NCBI RefSeq assembly: GCF_021869535.1
Contig: NW_026262581.1
Span: 5,022,001 to 5,086,000, forward strand
Source of the DNA: Mytilus californianus
Lineage: Eukaryota
DNA: 64,000 bases
Direction: 5' to 3'
Position 1 is the stretch's first letter; the number at the start of each line of letters is the position of its first letter. This document shows, one piece after another, positions 12,601 to 23,505 of this stretch. The notes beneath the pieces were generated by a model. The model did no database searches. It had not been told where the DNA came from and saw only the letters and a list, made by a program, of their open reading frames with translations. A program made the position numbers and the translations under genes.

Positions 12601-15600
12601 ATCAACCATAATCTTAATCAAAATATTTACGATCTATGCAGGAATCTGATGTTCAGTAGTTGTCGTTTGTTGATGTGGTTCATAAGTGTTTCTCGTTTCT
12701 CGTTTTTTATATAGATTAGACCGTTGGTTTTCCCGTTTGAATGGTTTTACACTAGTAATTTTTGGGGCCCTTTATAGCTTGCTGTTCGGTGTAAGCCAAG
12801 GCTCCGTGTTGAAGACCGTACTTTGACCTATAATTTATAACTTTTATAAATTTTGACTTGGATGGAGAGTTGTCTCATTGGCACTCATAGCACATCTTCT
12901 TATATCTATGTATTCTATTTTAAATAACTTTAGATTTAACTACAGATAATTTCACTGAAAATTAATACTAGTGGACAATTTTGAAAGGACACCTTTTTGC
13001 GCCTACATTATAACCTTAGCTTTTGAAATATTCAAAATTTTATCAGAAGAGAATTTTCAAGCCGTTTACTAAAAGAAAATGGCCAGTACCGAAAAACTAT
13101 AAAAGCTTTAAATTGCAAACAATAGTTCACCAACAGTTAAAGTAAAACACAACTCATTTTTTCTGCATTCGAACTGCTCTAAATATAACTAAAGATGTAA
13201 ACCAGAAGCAAATTGATAAAAAAAAAATGAAAACTATATTTTCTTTAACAAAGAATTAAAAGTAATAACATAGTTAGTTCACAACCAATAGTGTGTCCTC
13301 CTTGAAATGACTACCGATTTAAACTAGAACCCACAAGAATATTGTTTATGACACGGTATCTTACTTTTAGTTGATGGAGGTTGGACTGATTACTCAATAG
13401 TCACATGGAGCGGTAAGTGTTCAACTACTTGTGACTTTGGAACAGAAACAGGCGTAAAAACCAGAACATGCACCAACCCGGAGCCAGCATTTGGTGGTAA
13501 ACCATGTGCCGGAGAGTCTTATGCTTCAGAGAATCGACAGTGTAAAGTCAAGGAATGTCCAAGTATGTTATTTTTTTGACACTTAAAATTAAGTTTAACA
13601 CTACGAGACACCTTTCACGTCTTTACTTAAAGTATCAATTTAAGTGTGATTCAGTGATATGTTTTTCCTGTTGCAAATCGATTTAAATATTTCCCTTCAA
13701 AATATGAATTACACCAGTCCCCCATGCCCTCCACAAAAAAAACAGATTGAACAACAATATTGCAATTCCAACTTACATAAGAATAACATTCAAATAAAGA
13801 ACTATCTTTGTCACATTACGATTCTACGCCAGAGTTAATGTTAAAATTACGATTCGGTAGTTGTGATTAAGATTGTGACACGGTGTTGACTGCTGTACCC
13901 CTATTTTGACATTTTTACCTATTGTGTCTGTTTGTTTTGTTCACGCATCGTTGTCAATATGATGGAATTTGGTGCGACTGTCATGCAGGTGAGAGGTTTG
14001 ATGCTATAAAGCCGGGTTCGATCCACAATTTTCTACATGGGAGGATGCCTGTGCCAAGTCAGGAATGTGACAGTTGTTGTCCATTCGTTTGATGTGTTTG
14101 TGCTTTTGATTTTGCCATTTGGTTAGGGACTTTCTGTTTTGAATTTCCTCGGAGTTCAGTATTTTTGTGATTTAACTTTTTACATCCTCGAACTGTTCAA
14201 CAAAAAATAAATAAATATCGAAACTGAAGTAACACCTATTAAATTACAAAATGGCATCACTTTCTTGGTGTTTCATTCGTTTTTCTTTAAAGAAAATACT
14301 TCTTCAATTTGCATTTAGTATCAATTCTTTTTCGTAAATTGATAACTTTTGTCTGAAAGAGAGACGTAAGATACAGAATGGATATTCAAACTCACAAGTC
14401 GAAGACAAACCGACAACGCCATGACAACAAACGAAAAGACAAACAACAATCTACAAAACACAACATAGAAAACTAAAAGACCGAGTAACGCAATCCCCAC
14501 CAAAAACCAGGGTTATCTGGGGTGCTGCGGTAAGTAGACCCTGCTTCACATGTGGTATCCGTCGTGTTGCTCATGTAAGTACATGGGAACAATAAAGAAC
14601 CCGAATTAGATTTTTTCATACTCTCTCAGTGTTCATGTATGCGTACGCTCTCTCGTGTACAATAATCATTTCTCCATAGTAACTCTTTGTATAATAAATA
14701 GCAAAGATATTCAACAAGCTAAAAATAAATCATCAAAGATACCAGGTTTATAACTTGGTACGCCTAACGCGCGTGTCGTCTACTAGTATATAAATATCAC
14801 CAATGGTTATCGAATCAAAACAGTTGGAAGATGTTAAAGAGCCTTAACACAGAAAATTCCGATCATACGATATTAAAACTACGCTTCTTTTGTTCTAATA
14901 AAATTAGGTCTTAAAGAATTATCAGCTACTTCTCTCATACACCTGTTGGGCTACTAACGATACAGGTCCAATAAAATTCAGGAAATAAGAAAAGAAGCAC
15001 GTTATGTGTCCTACAATAGTAACAGAAAGTAATTGCATTTGACAAAAGCAAATCACCTGATGCCTTCAAAATTAAATGTACTACTTTGTGATTAATTACG
15101 CCAATAGTGAAAAAAAAAACACATTCATAAATTGCAATTTTCCTAGTGCCATCTAGAATAAATAAAAAATAAGAGTTAGTAATAAAATTGAGAATAGAAA
15201 TGGGGAATATGTCAAAGAGACAACAACCCGACCAAAGAGCAGATAACAGCCGAAGGCCACCAATGGGTCTTCAACGCAGCGAGAAAATCCCGCACCCGGA
15301 GGTGGTCCTCAGCTGGCCCCTAAATAAAATTGTGTACTGGTTCAGTGAAAATGGACGTAACACTAAAATTAAAAAAAACATACAAGACTAACAAAGGCCA
15401 GAGACTCCCGACTTGGGACAGGCGCAAAAATGCGGCGGGGTTAAACATGTTTTGTGAGATCTCAACCCTCCCCCTATACCTCTAGCATATGTAGAATAAA
15501 GAAACACATAGCAATAAGCACAGTAAAACTCGGTTTAAAAGAAGTCCGAGTCCGATGTCAGAATAGGTAACAAAAGAAACTAAGCAAAATGACAATGATA

Positions 15601-18600
15601 CATAATTTATAAAAGGACTACTAGCAGTTACTGATATGCCAGCTCCAGACCTCAATTAAACTGATTGAAAGATTATGTCTTCATAAAATGAAAATCAGGT
15701 ACAATCCCTCCCGTTAGGGGTTTAGAATCATACCATCATAAAATATATGAGAAGAACATAACCCGTATCATGCCAACAACTGGTTTTAGAATAAATGTGT
15801 TTATTTCCGATGTAAAGACCCTATGAGTGAATCAATATTAATACCAAAATATGCAATCCTTAATGATGTGACAACAGTATCGTAACTATATCCCTTCCGA
15901 ATAAGTCTGTTTAAATGTTTGGTTAGCTTTTGAGGTGAATGCCGACATTTTTGTGCTTTGTAAAGAATATTACCATAAAATATTGGATGTGAAATACCTG
16001 AACGTATAAGATGTCTGCATGTTGATTTATATTTACGAATGATGACCTTGTACCGATGATAAAATTTAGTAAATGTTTTGACTAGTTTGTGATATCGAAA
16101 ACCCTGGTGTAATAATTTTTCAGTAATACAGAGATTTCTTTCCTTGAAAGCAAATACGTTGTTACATACACGAGCGAATCGAACAAGTTGAGATACATAA
16201 ACACCATAAGACGGTGACAAGGGAACGTCACCATCTAAAAATGGATAATTAACAATAGGAAATGAAAAATCATCTCTTTTACCATAAATTTTGGTATTAA
16301 GCTTCCGTTAAAGATATAGATATCAAGATCCAGGAAAGGGCAGTGCACACTGTTAAATAATTGAAAAATGTTATTAATCACATAATACCAAGAGATATGG
16401 AACTATATGATGGATGATGACAATACAGTTTTAATTGAACTGCAGGAAATTTGCTGTTGAATATATATCTAAATAATTTGTATTTTGCTGTTGAAGTTGA
16501 TGGAGGCTGGAGTGAATACTCTATTATCACATGGAGCGGTAAATGTTCAACTACTTGCGATTTTGGAACAGAATCAGGAGTTAAAACCAGAACGTGCACA
16601 AAGCCAGAACCAGCTTTTGGTGGTAAACCATGTGCCGGAGAGTCTTCTACTACAGAAAGTCGACAGTGTAAAGTTAAGGAATGTCCAAGTGAGCTATTCT
16701 TTCGACAATAAAGATTAAAGTTGAAACTACGAAACACCTTTGACGTCTTTAAATAATGCTTAAAGAATTTATTTTAGTTTTAAGTTACATAAAGTCGACA
16801 GTGTAAATTGAAAGAATGTCAAGTTAACTGTTTTTTTTTTAATTTAGCATAACTATGAATGAATTTTAACCCCATAACTTAATATCAAAGTATTCCTTTG
16901 TCTTGAGAAAACTGTAACAAACTTTGCTGCTGGAGTACTTATATTCCAATTTTCTATTGAAGTTGATGGAGGCTGGAGTAAATTTTCTGCTATAACATGG
17001 AGTAGTAAATGTTCCACTACTTGCGACTTTGGAACAGAATCAGGAGTAAAAACAAGGACTTGTACAAGCCCTACACCAGCTTATGGTGGTAACCAATGTC
17101 TTGGAGAGTCTTCTGCTACAGAAAGTCGGCAGTGTAAACTGAGAGAATGCCCAAGTTAGTTGATATTTCAATATACATTCAAAATCTGTTTTAAAAAAGC
17201 CCCAAACCACACATAAAAAAATGGAAAAAAAGATAAAAAATTACTATCTCAAATCAACTCATAACAAATACGATCAACCATTAGAGATCACTATTGCACA
17301 TTTTATCTTTTTTTCTATAGTTGACGGTGGATGGTCTGAATATGGACCTTTCACAGAATGGAGTGCATGTTCTGTAACCTGTGGTATGGGAATACAGACA
17401 AAGTCACATGACCGAACATGTACAAATCCGGAACCTCAGTATGGCGGAAAAGATTGTGAAGGAGGAATAACCGAGACTGTTAGCAAAGACTGTGACATGA
17501 AAAAATGTCCAGGTAAGAACTAAAAAAAATAGTATTAGTTTACTTTTTACATACATTTTTCACAGCATGATCTGTAACAAATATTTCAAAAGAGAATGAA
17601 GGCGTTTGATGAAAAGAAACAATACTTCCTGATTACGCTCGCACAAATTTAATTAAGTCTTTTTGTCTACTTTTCAGAAACCATTTGTTCTGATCTTGGA
17701 CAAGGACACACTTTCACTGCTCATTTACAGCAATGTACTAAATACTTGAACTGCTTGAACGGAGAAGTAACTTTGATGAGTTGTAGTGATGGTACAGAAT
17801 GGGACAATGACCTGAAGACATGTGCATTTCCTAAAGAAGGTAGCACATGTCTGGCAACAGAACCAAATGGTAATATGTTAAGTATGTATAAAACAGATTT
17901 GGGTTATATGTCAATGAGACAGTTCCTACAAAAAAAACCAGTAAATGCAATACGCATTTAGGCATCAATACAAATATGTGCTGTATCAACATGTTAATTC
18001 ACTACTGATGTAAAAATAATACAAAAGTATCAGTGCATCTCCAAAGGTCGTCTTAATTATCAAACCGGGACATAAGTAGAGAAAGGGGAGTTTTAATGTA
18101 TGGCGGCAAACGTATACATGTTTTAGAAAGCCAGTGAAATATGAAATTACAATTTTGGTCTTCATAAAGCTAAAGGCATTATTTGAAATGAAATAGCGTT
18201 TACCTGTAATTATCATTATCATTACTATTTTGCTAGGGCTTTTTAATATGTTGGTTTACAAGTTTTTTATCTGAAAAGTTTTGGCAATTCAGTCAGAAAA
18301 AAGATCTTATAAAACTTAAATCTGTACTTCTTTTCTTTTATTTCAACTTTGTTACACTATACCCAGTGATGTTATTATATCAAGACATAAAAAATCAAAC
18401 AACATAGTGACTTGCCATTTGTAAATATCTTAATGCGAGTTTCAATTGAACGTTGTTCATATTAATGTTAATGTTGTTGTTTATTTATTTTTATTTTTAA
18501 CGCATTGCTCTTTACTTGTCTCCTTCCACTTTGCAAGCATCTGTCACATATTGGTCGGACAAATCCTTTAAAGTTCTGGGTTTCTTCTTTGTGATCATCT

Positions 18601-21377
18601 CAATATATCCACAAAGGAAAAAGATCACATAGGAATGTCTTGTAGCTACCAGTTATTTGTTGCATAACTGCCCTTCTTTGGCATAAATTATCTCTTTCTT
18701 CAGGAAGTTATAGGGCCCACACATATATATATACAAGATCACTCTCTATCCGTTCTTTTAATCCAATGTGTTCAACAGTCAAGTTAATGATTCTTTTCAA
18801 ATAATACATAATCTTGCTGTAGGGGGGAACAAAACCTCCGCTGTGACTAATTGTGTAGGGGTGTTTTTGTTGACTAAGCTAGGCTTGCAGCATCATCAGT
18901 TTTTATTCCATAAAAAACACCCTTGAATTTATCATTGTCTTTCTGAACTGAGACAGGATCTGACAGCTAGTGAGGTAGACGAGGAGGACCAATTGTGCAA
19001 TGAGCACAGTTTCACACATCTTAATCTGATATGTTTTTTTCTTGTGAAGTTCAATAAATTCTTCAAACGCCTAAACATTTCTTCAATCTTTCGTTTTCAG
19101 TTTTTCAATTGGCAGTCCCTGAGCTTGAGTTCAAGATGTTCGTCCTCTCCAATATTTCATACTTTGGTCAACAAGCAGTTCCTTTTTATCTTCCTGCCAA
19201 AGTCCTCCTTCGTGTATGGTTTTACATGCGTGTTCCAAAAACACGGGTCCAATACACTCATAATTCGCTGTGCTGGATATACATTTACGCTTTATTTTGG
19301 CAATTTTGATACTTGCATGCATGAACTGACAAGGTTATTGTTGCCGCAGTCAATTTTATCATTTATCTAAAGGAAATTATTTCGATTATGACAGTCATTC
19401 ATTTGCTCAACATACTGACGATCTCGTGCCCAACACACACTGTTTTGACGGAATGATAAATATTGGAATCAAACGTATTACATGCCATGTAGAAGACTGA
19501 AAAGTTTGATCTTTAAATTTAATACCACAATTGCCCATCGTAGAAACTGTCCCAGCTATCAGCAGGAATATTTGCAGAAAGGGAGTACGGATAAAAAATT
19601 CCCACGATGATGAAAATAATAGTCAAATGCATCTAACAAGCCACTTACAAAGTAAGATCGAACTCTTGTGGTTCTCCCATTGGAACTATGGCCTGATCTT
19701 CTATGAAAATAAGTATTACCTGTGCTTTCCATCTTACTATCATTTCCTTAAAGAAACTAAATTGATTTGCTGCAAAATGTTTGTCTTTATGTTAGTGCAC
19801 ACAATAGGTCTTTGTTGAACTTCAAAGGTCCAATACAGTTTGCTTTTCTTTTTACTTGGACTAGGTGGTAAATATTTGAATCTTATCGTAGACAAGCATG
19901 GAATACGGGATTTATTATTGCGGCAAGTGGAGGGATATCCGAAAACGTAAACAACACAAGGATATTGGACACGGCATGTGTTCATGTTCATCTACTCGCC
20001 TTTCAAAGCGCTGTTTCAAAAAGGCTCAAAATTTTTACATTTTGGATTATCATTTTTTTTACCTTTATTAAAAGGTGAGGATCGTAAGCATCCATTAAAC
20101 TTAGATAACAATAACGTCAAAATCATCTTGGAAGGAAAATTCAAAAGCGCTTTCATCATAAATTAAAACCCTGCACATCTCTCTTAAAACAGTATATTTT
20201 TGTCTTGGTCAAGTGAACCTGCCATTAACAGTTTTTTCATAAAAAAAAAGAATTACACGCCAGAGCGCTTACAATGCAATGGAACAACAGACTCCTGTTA
20301 TTTCCCCCACGTTATGTGAGGGGACAAAAATATCATGAATTTGCAAAGTGTTATATAAGACATTGTAATTAAGGCGGAAATAATGAACTAAGATGTGTTT
20401 CATTTAAGATGAAGGAGTATCCTGTCAATTTCACGGACAGCACCTTTCACATCCAACTGATTGTCACAAATTTTATCAGTGTGTTGGCACAACACCAAAA
20501 GAGATGTCGTGTAGCAACGGTTCAGCTTGGAATGACGCCATTGGAAACTGTGACCGTCCTGAAAATGTGGAACTTTGTAATGTAAATAATTCTGATGATG
20601 GTGCTGCTAATGTTGTTGAAGATGACACAAATGAGTCAGCTGTAGACGTGATAGGTAATACATATGTATGGATATGTTTTCTGAAAATAAGACGACCCCA
20701 TATAACTTCATCTTTATAAATGAAATTTGTTATCGCGGTTTTTCATTCAGTGATGGCGTGATTTACAAATTATGTTTGACTACGATTTTTCAGGAGGTAA
20801 TTTACGACAGATAACATTTAGAAGAGGACCAAACAACGACATTAAGGCAAGAATCTACCGGAACATACGGATGTACTGACATATAATTTAAAAACATACA
20901 ATTAGAGCCATATCTACTCACATTTCAAACTTGGATTTGTATTAATGTATTTCATGCTAAAGCCATAATGAATAATGTTCTAAGTAGCAAAAAGTGTTTG
21001 TTTTAAAAAAATCCTGCTCATATGAAGTATACATCAGTCAGTCTATAGTTTATAAGTTATGTACTACTAGTATTTCATATTGAAGCAATTATCAGTTGCA
21101 GTAATAATTCCTTATCAATCATTCACAAACAAACTTTTAACAAACCCTTAAAATCTAGAATTTCAGACAAGTAGACAGCATCAGCATTCAGTATAATACA
21201 ACTGTATTTTGATGTATATTTCCAGAAGAGTTCGACTGTGGAGGAAAGACAGGTTTTTTTGCTGATCCTAAAGAGTGCACCAAATACTACTGGTGTATAG
21301 CTGGACAGAAATATCACATGCCTTGTGGTGCAGGCACATATTTCGAAAAGGGAGGGTGTGTGGCAGGAACATGTTAA
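6624..21377 (+). CDS. Multi-exon gene: short Cys-containing segment + 8 x TSP1 + 3 x chitin-binding type-2 (peritrophin-A); 5' end not found; about 722 aa from the first visible exon
   Basis: Exons 6624-6664, 8601-8795, 9836-10027, 10969-11160, 11987-12178, 13371-13562, 16497-16688, 16963-17154, 17321-17512, 17678-17869, 20409-20654, 21226-21377. All introns are GT-AG with phase-1 junctions, and the exons join into one open frame ending TAA at 21375-21377. Confidence 0.9.
6920..7100. repeat. 55-bp intronic minisatellite (3 copies + partial)
   Basis: Unit CATTATTGA(T/G)TAGTGTGCATACACTAACTGTTATCAGTAGTTTACATGTTTATAC starts at 6920, 6975, 7030 and 7085. Confidence 0.9.
7879..8382 (+). mobile_element. 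5'-truncated Penelope-like family A copy with 10-bp target-site duplication
   Basis: Homologous to the 3' UTR of 15183-16348 (opposite strand); flanked by ACGTAGAAAC at 7869-7878 and 8383-8392. Confidence 0.8.
8601..8795 (+). CDS. TSP1 exon 1 (VNGGWSSWS...CSTKCG...RTCTNPAPQYGGSSC...CKIKECP)
   Basis: CAG/GTAAG boundaries, 195 nt, phase 1-1, six Cys, R-x-C motif. Confidence 0.95.
9836..10027 (+). CDS. TSP1 exon 2 (DGGWTSFS...CSAACG...RSCSNPTPAHGGKAC...CKIKECP)
   Basis: TAG/GTAAG boundaries, 192 nt, phase 1-1. Confidence 0.95.
10969..11160 (+). CDS. TSP1 exon 3 (DGQWSDYS...CSATCG...CKIKECP)
   Basis: CAG/GTAAG boundaries, 192 nt, phase 1-1. Confidence 0.95.
11987..12178 (+). CDS. TSP1 exon 4 (protein identical to exon 3)
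   Basis: CAG/GTAAG boundaries, 192 nt; differs from exon 3 by two synonymous changes (TGC/TGT, TCC/TCA). Confidence 0.93.
12637..12905 (+). mobile_element. Penelope-like 3' tail (family C-related)
   Basis: Ends in GGAGAGTTGTCTCATTGGCACTCATAGCACATCTTCTT. Confidence 0.65.
13371..13562 (+). CDS. TSP1 exon 5 (DGGWTDYS...CSTTCDFG...RTCTNPEPAFGGKPC...CKVKECP); absent from the ORF track
   Basis: TAG/GTATG boundaries, 192 nt, phase 1-1, open frame. Confidence 0.93.
14356..14583 (-). mobile_element. Penelope-like family B 3' UTR fragment
   Basis: Reverse complement matches 50200-50435 (GTACTTACATGAGCAACACG...CATGGCGTTGTC...). Confidence 0.75.
14730..14783 (-). mobile_element. Truncated, mutated hammerhead-bearing repeat (3' half only)
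   Basis: Sense reads GTAGAC GACA CGCGC GTT AGGCGTAC...CCTGGTATCTTTGATGA, versus the intact GTAGAC GAAA CGCGC GTC TGGCGTAC at 63771; the CTGATGA half is missing. Confidence 0.65.
15183..16348 (-). mobile_element. Penelope-like retroelement family A (Naiad-type): RT C-terminus + 3' UTR, 5'-truncated
   Basis: FLDLDI../KLNTKIYGKRDDFSFPIVNYPFLDGDVPLSPSYGVYVSQLVRFAR...; the ORF stops at 15801 (LHRK*) with no downstream GIY-YIG domain. Confidence 0.85.
16497..16688 (+). CDS. TSP1 exon 6 (DGGWSEYS...CSTTCDFG...CKVKECP)
   Basis: AAG/GTGAG boundaries, 192 nt, phase 1-1. Confidence 0.92.
16963..17154 (+). CDS. TSP1 exon 7 (DGGWSKFS...CSTTCDFG...CKLRECP); absent from the ORF track
   Basis: AAG/GTTAG boundaries, 192 nt, phase 1-1, open frame. 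Confidence 0.9.
17321..17512 (+). CDS. TSP1 exon 8 (DGGWSEYGPFTEWSACSVTCGMG...CDMKKCP)
   Basis: TAG/GTAAG boundaries, 192 nt; the most canonical repeat (WSACSVTCG). Confidence 0.95.
17678..17869 (+). CDS. Chitin-binding type-2 domain exon 1
   Basis: CAG/GTAAT boundaries, 192 nt; Cys spacing CX15CX5CX9CX12CX8C with K-Y-x-x-C and G-x-x-W-D motifs. Confidence 0.92.
20409..20654 (+). CDS. Chitin-binding type-2 domain exon 2 + acidic linker
   Basis: AAG/GTAAT boundaries, 246 nt; HPTDCHKFYQC...CSNGSAWN; spacing CX12CX5CX9CX12CX8C; then NSDDGAANVVEDDTNESAVDV. Confidence 0.92.
21226..21377 (+). CDS. Terminal exon: compact chitin-binding type-2 domain 3
   Basis: CAG acceptor; FDCGGKTGFFADPKECTKYYWC...CGAGTYFEKGGCVAGTC-stop; spacing CX12CX5CX9CX10CX4C. 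Confidence 0.92.
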
Positions 21378-22849
21378 TGAGTTTAGTATAGTTATATATA
21401 TTATTGATATGTAGTAAACGCCATATTTAAAAATCTTCTGTGTCATGAACACGGTTAGAAAAAAATTAGGGTAATCTTAATCTGATAATATTGTGAATTT
21501 TAGTGGGGGTTTTTTTTCAAGAAATTTTTTTTACACATGTATATATGTTTCAAATTTACACAGTTAAAGAATATAACAAATAAGAAATAGAAAAGTTAAT
21601 TTTAAAGAAATCAAGTATAAATGAAATAGAGGTGCATTTCAGTAAAAAAGTACTAACTAAATACCGACCTTAAACGTAAATTCCAAACGGGAAAGTCCAT
21701 AAAACCTTACAAAAAGAAAGGCTCGACTATCTATATCAGTCAACGGAACGAATGGAAAACAACTGTTATATTCTTTACTTGGTACAAGCATTTTTCGAAG
21801 AATATGGTGGGTTAACCTGGTTTTACAGCGAGCTAGTAATTTAGGCACATATTAACAAACGATATTAACGCTGCATTTTACATACTGAACATAGACACTG
21901 GTTAGATTCGATGCATCAATAGATTAGTATCAGTTTGGTGACATTACAATATGATGATCTTTACTTTTCAGTTCAGTGAAAACAACAAGAAATAGTGAAA
22001 GATGATACGAACAAGAAGATACATTCATTATAATGACAATTGTTAATGTCCCTTTGGTATATCTTTCGCCTCTCGTTTAATTCTTTCTTATTTAACATTT
22101 TTATGTAATTATCATTAAATAAGTACTTGCAAATGACTTAGCACGTGGTCTTGTCGTTTAGTGCCCTGTCAATGCACCCGTCTTGATGCGATTTGGACAT
22201 TAGCAGATTACTGGCGCCTCTGATTTGCATGAAACTGAAGTTCCTTATTTTCACACAGAAATAATAAATTCGTGTTTAAAAATGTTTGTTTTGTATAATT
22301 TAAAAACATAAAAATAATTATTAAATATCTATAGCTCAGGGGTAAAGAATTGAATTGTACTATCAAATCATAAAGAAGTTCTAGTGCAGTGCCACATAAG
22401 TTTTTTGTCATGATTGTGTCTGTCTCTTTTCAAGTTATGAGTTTTGATTCTCGATTTGATGTCTTCCTGCTCTTTTTTTAAAGGAAAATAAAGTAATTCA
22501 AGTATTTTGTTAGGTTTCAACAAATATTTTTGGGACCTATAAAATAAGATTATTTTGAAAGTTATTGAATAATTGAACTATTTTTTTTTCTCATTTTAAA
22601 TAAAGTCTTTTTATTGAGTCTTTATCTCCTAATTCTGTTTTTTCTGGAGGTTTATGGGTTCATGAAATATTCATTTATTACTTTCAAAACGATTTTCACA
22701 GAAATTTACTTGCAGCTGCAGATGATATAAAATCGTTTATGAAGTAGAGTCTAAACCGTACAAATCTAATTATAAAGCTTAATTCGAAAGGATCACTTTG
22801 TAACGATTTACAGGGAAAAAACGAAATATCAGTCATGTTTGTAGTCAGG

Positions 22850-22985
22850 TGGGATCATTGAAATGATACTCTAAAGTTGATTGTGGCCAATTTTGGTTCC
22901 AATTGGCCCAGTAGTTTCAGATAAGACGATTTTTTGTAAAAGCTAATGGACGACGGACGTCAAGTGATGAGAATAGCTCACTTTA
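22850..22985 (+). mobile_element. HINE/Helentron-like fragment
   Basis: GGCCCAGTAGTTTCAGA...GACGACGGACGTCAAGTGATGAGAATAGCTCAC; a related reverse-strand piece lies at about 31510-31640. Confidence 0.45.
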
Positions 22986-23325
22986 CCCAAGAGAACAACG
23001 ATTGATATGATTTCCGTAAGCACACACAAGTTCCTTGAATAACCTTAATCACGTACTCTAGAAAGGATAAACATGAAAGAAGATCAGCTAAAACTTGTAT
23101 CGTAGAAAATATATGTTATTGTCCTGAAACTGAAATGCTTTACATCATTGAAAGAAAATAATTCGGATACAATTGTCAATTTGATTATATCACAAATAAA
23201 ATTCTGCACATAACAAATAAGGGTTTAACGGTCATTGTATAAAAGAAAACCTGTTTAAATACATAATACAAAAAAACACAGTGGAAAATGTCTTCACAAT
23301 GAAAACGTCATTGAAGTTCTTGCTA

Positions 23326-23505
23326 CTTGCTGAGATCACCCCCAGTTTTTGGTGGGGTTCGTGTTGCTCAGTCTTTAGTTTTCATAGTTGTGTTTTATGT
23401 ACTGTTGTTTGTCTGTTTGTCTTTTTCTTTTTTTAACATGTCGTTGTCTGTTTATTTTCGACTTATGAGTTTGAATGTCCATTTGGTATCTTTCGCCTCA
23501 CTTTT
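23326..23505 (+). mobile_element. Penelope-like family B 3' tail
   Basis: CCCCAGTTTTTGGTGGGGTTCGTGTTGCTCAGTCTTTAG...GACTTATGAGTTTGAATGTCC, as at 50270-50435. Confidence 0.75.

Noticed and set aside
15640-15700. SECIS-like ATGA...AA...GA in the family A 3' UTR (- strand)
   Set aside because: The tandem G-A/A-G quartet and a 9-12 bp helix II could not be formed; no in-frame TGA in the adjacent ORF remnant.
20794-20890. Possible extra linker exon between ChtBD2 domains 2 and 3
   Set aside because: No acceptor/donor pair gives phase 1-1 without a stop; 20654 splices directly in frame to 21226.
22140-22235. tRNA A-box-like TGGTCTTGTCGTTTAG and an ATTTGCAT octamer
   Set aside because: No B-box or cloverleaf; the motifs are short enough to arise by chance.
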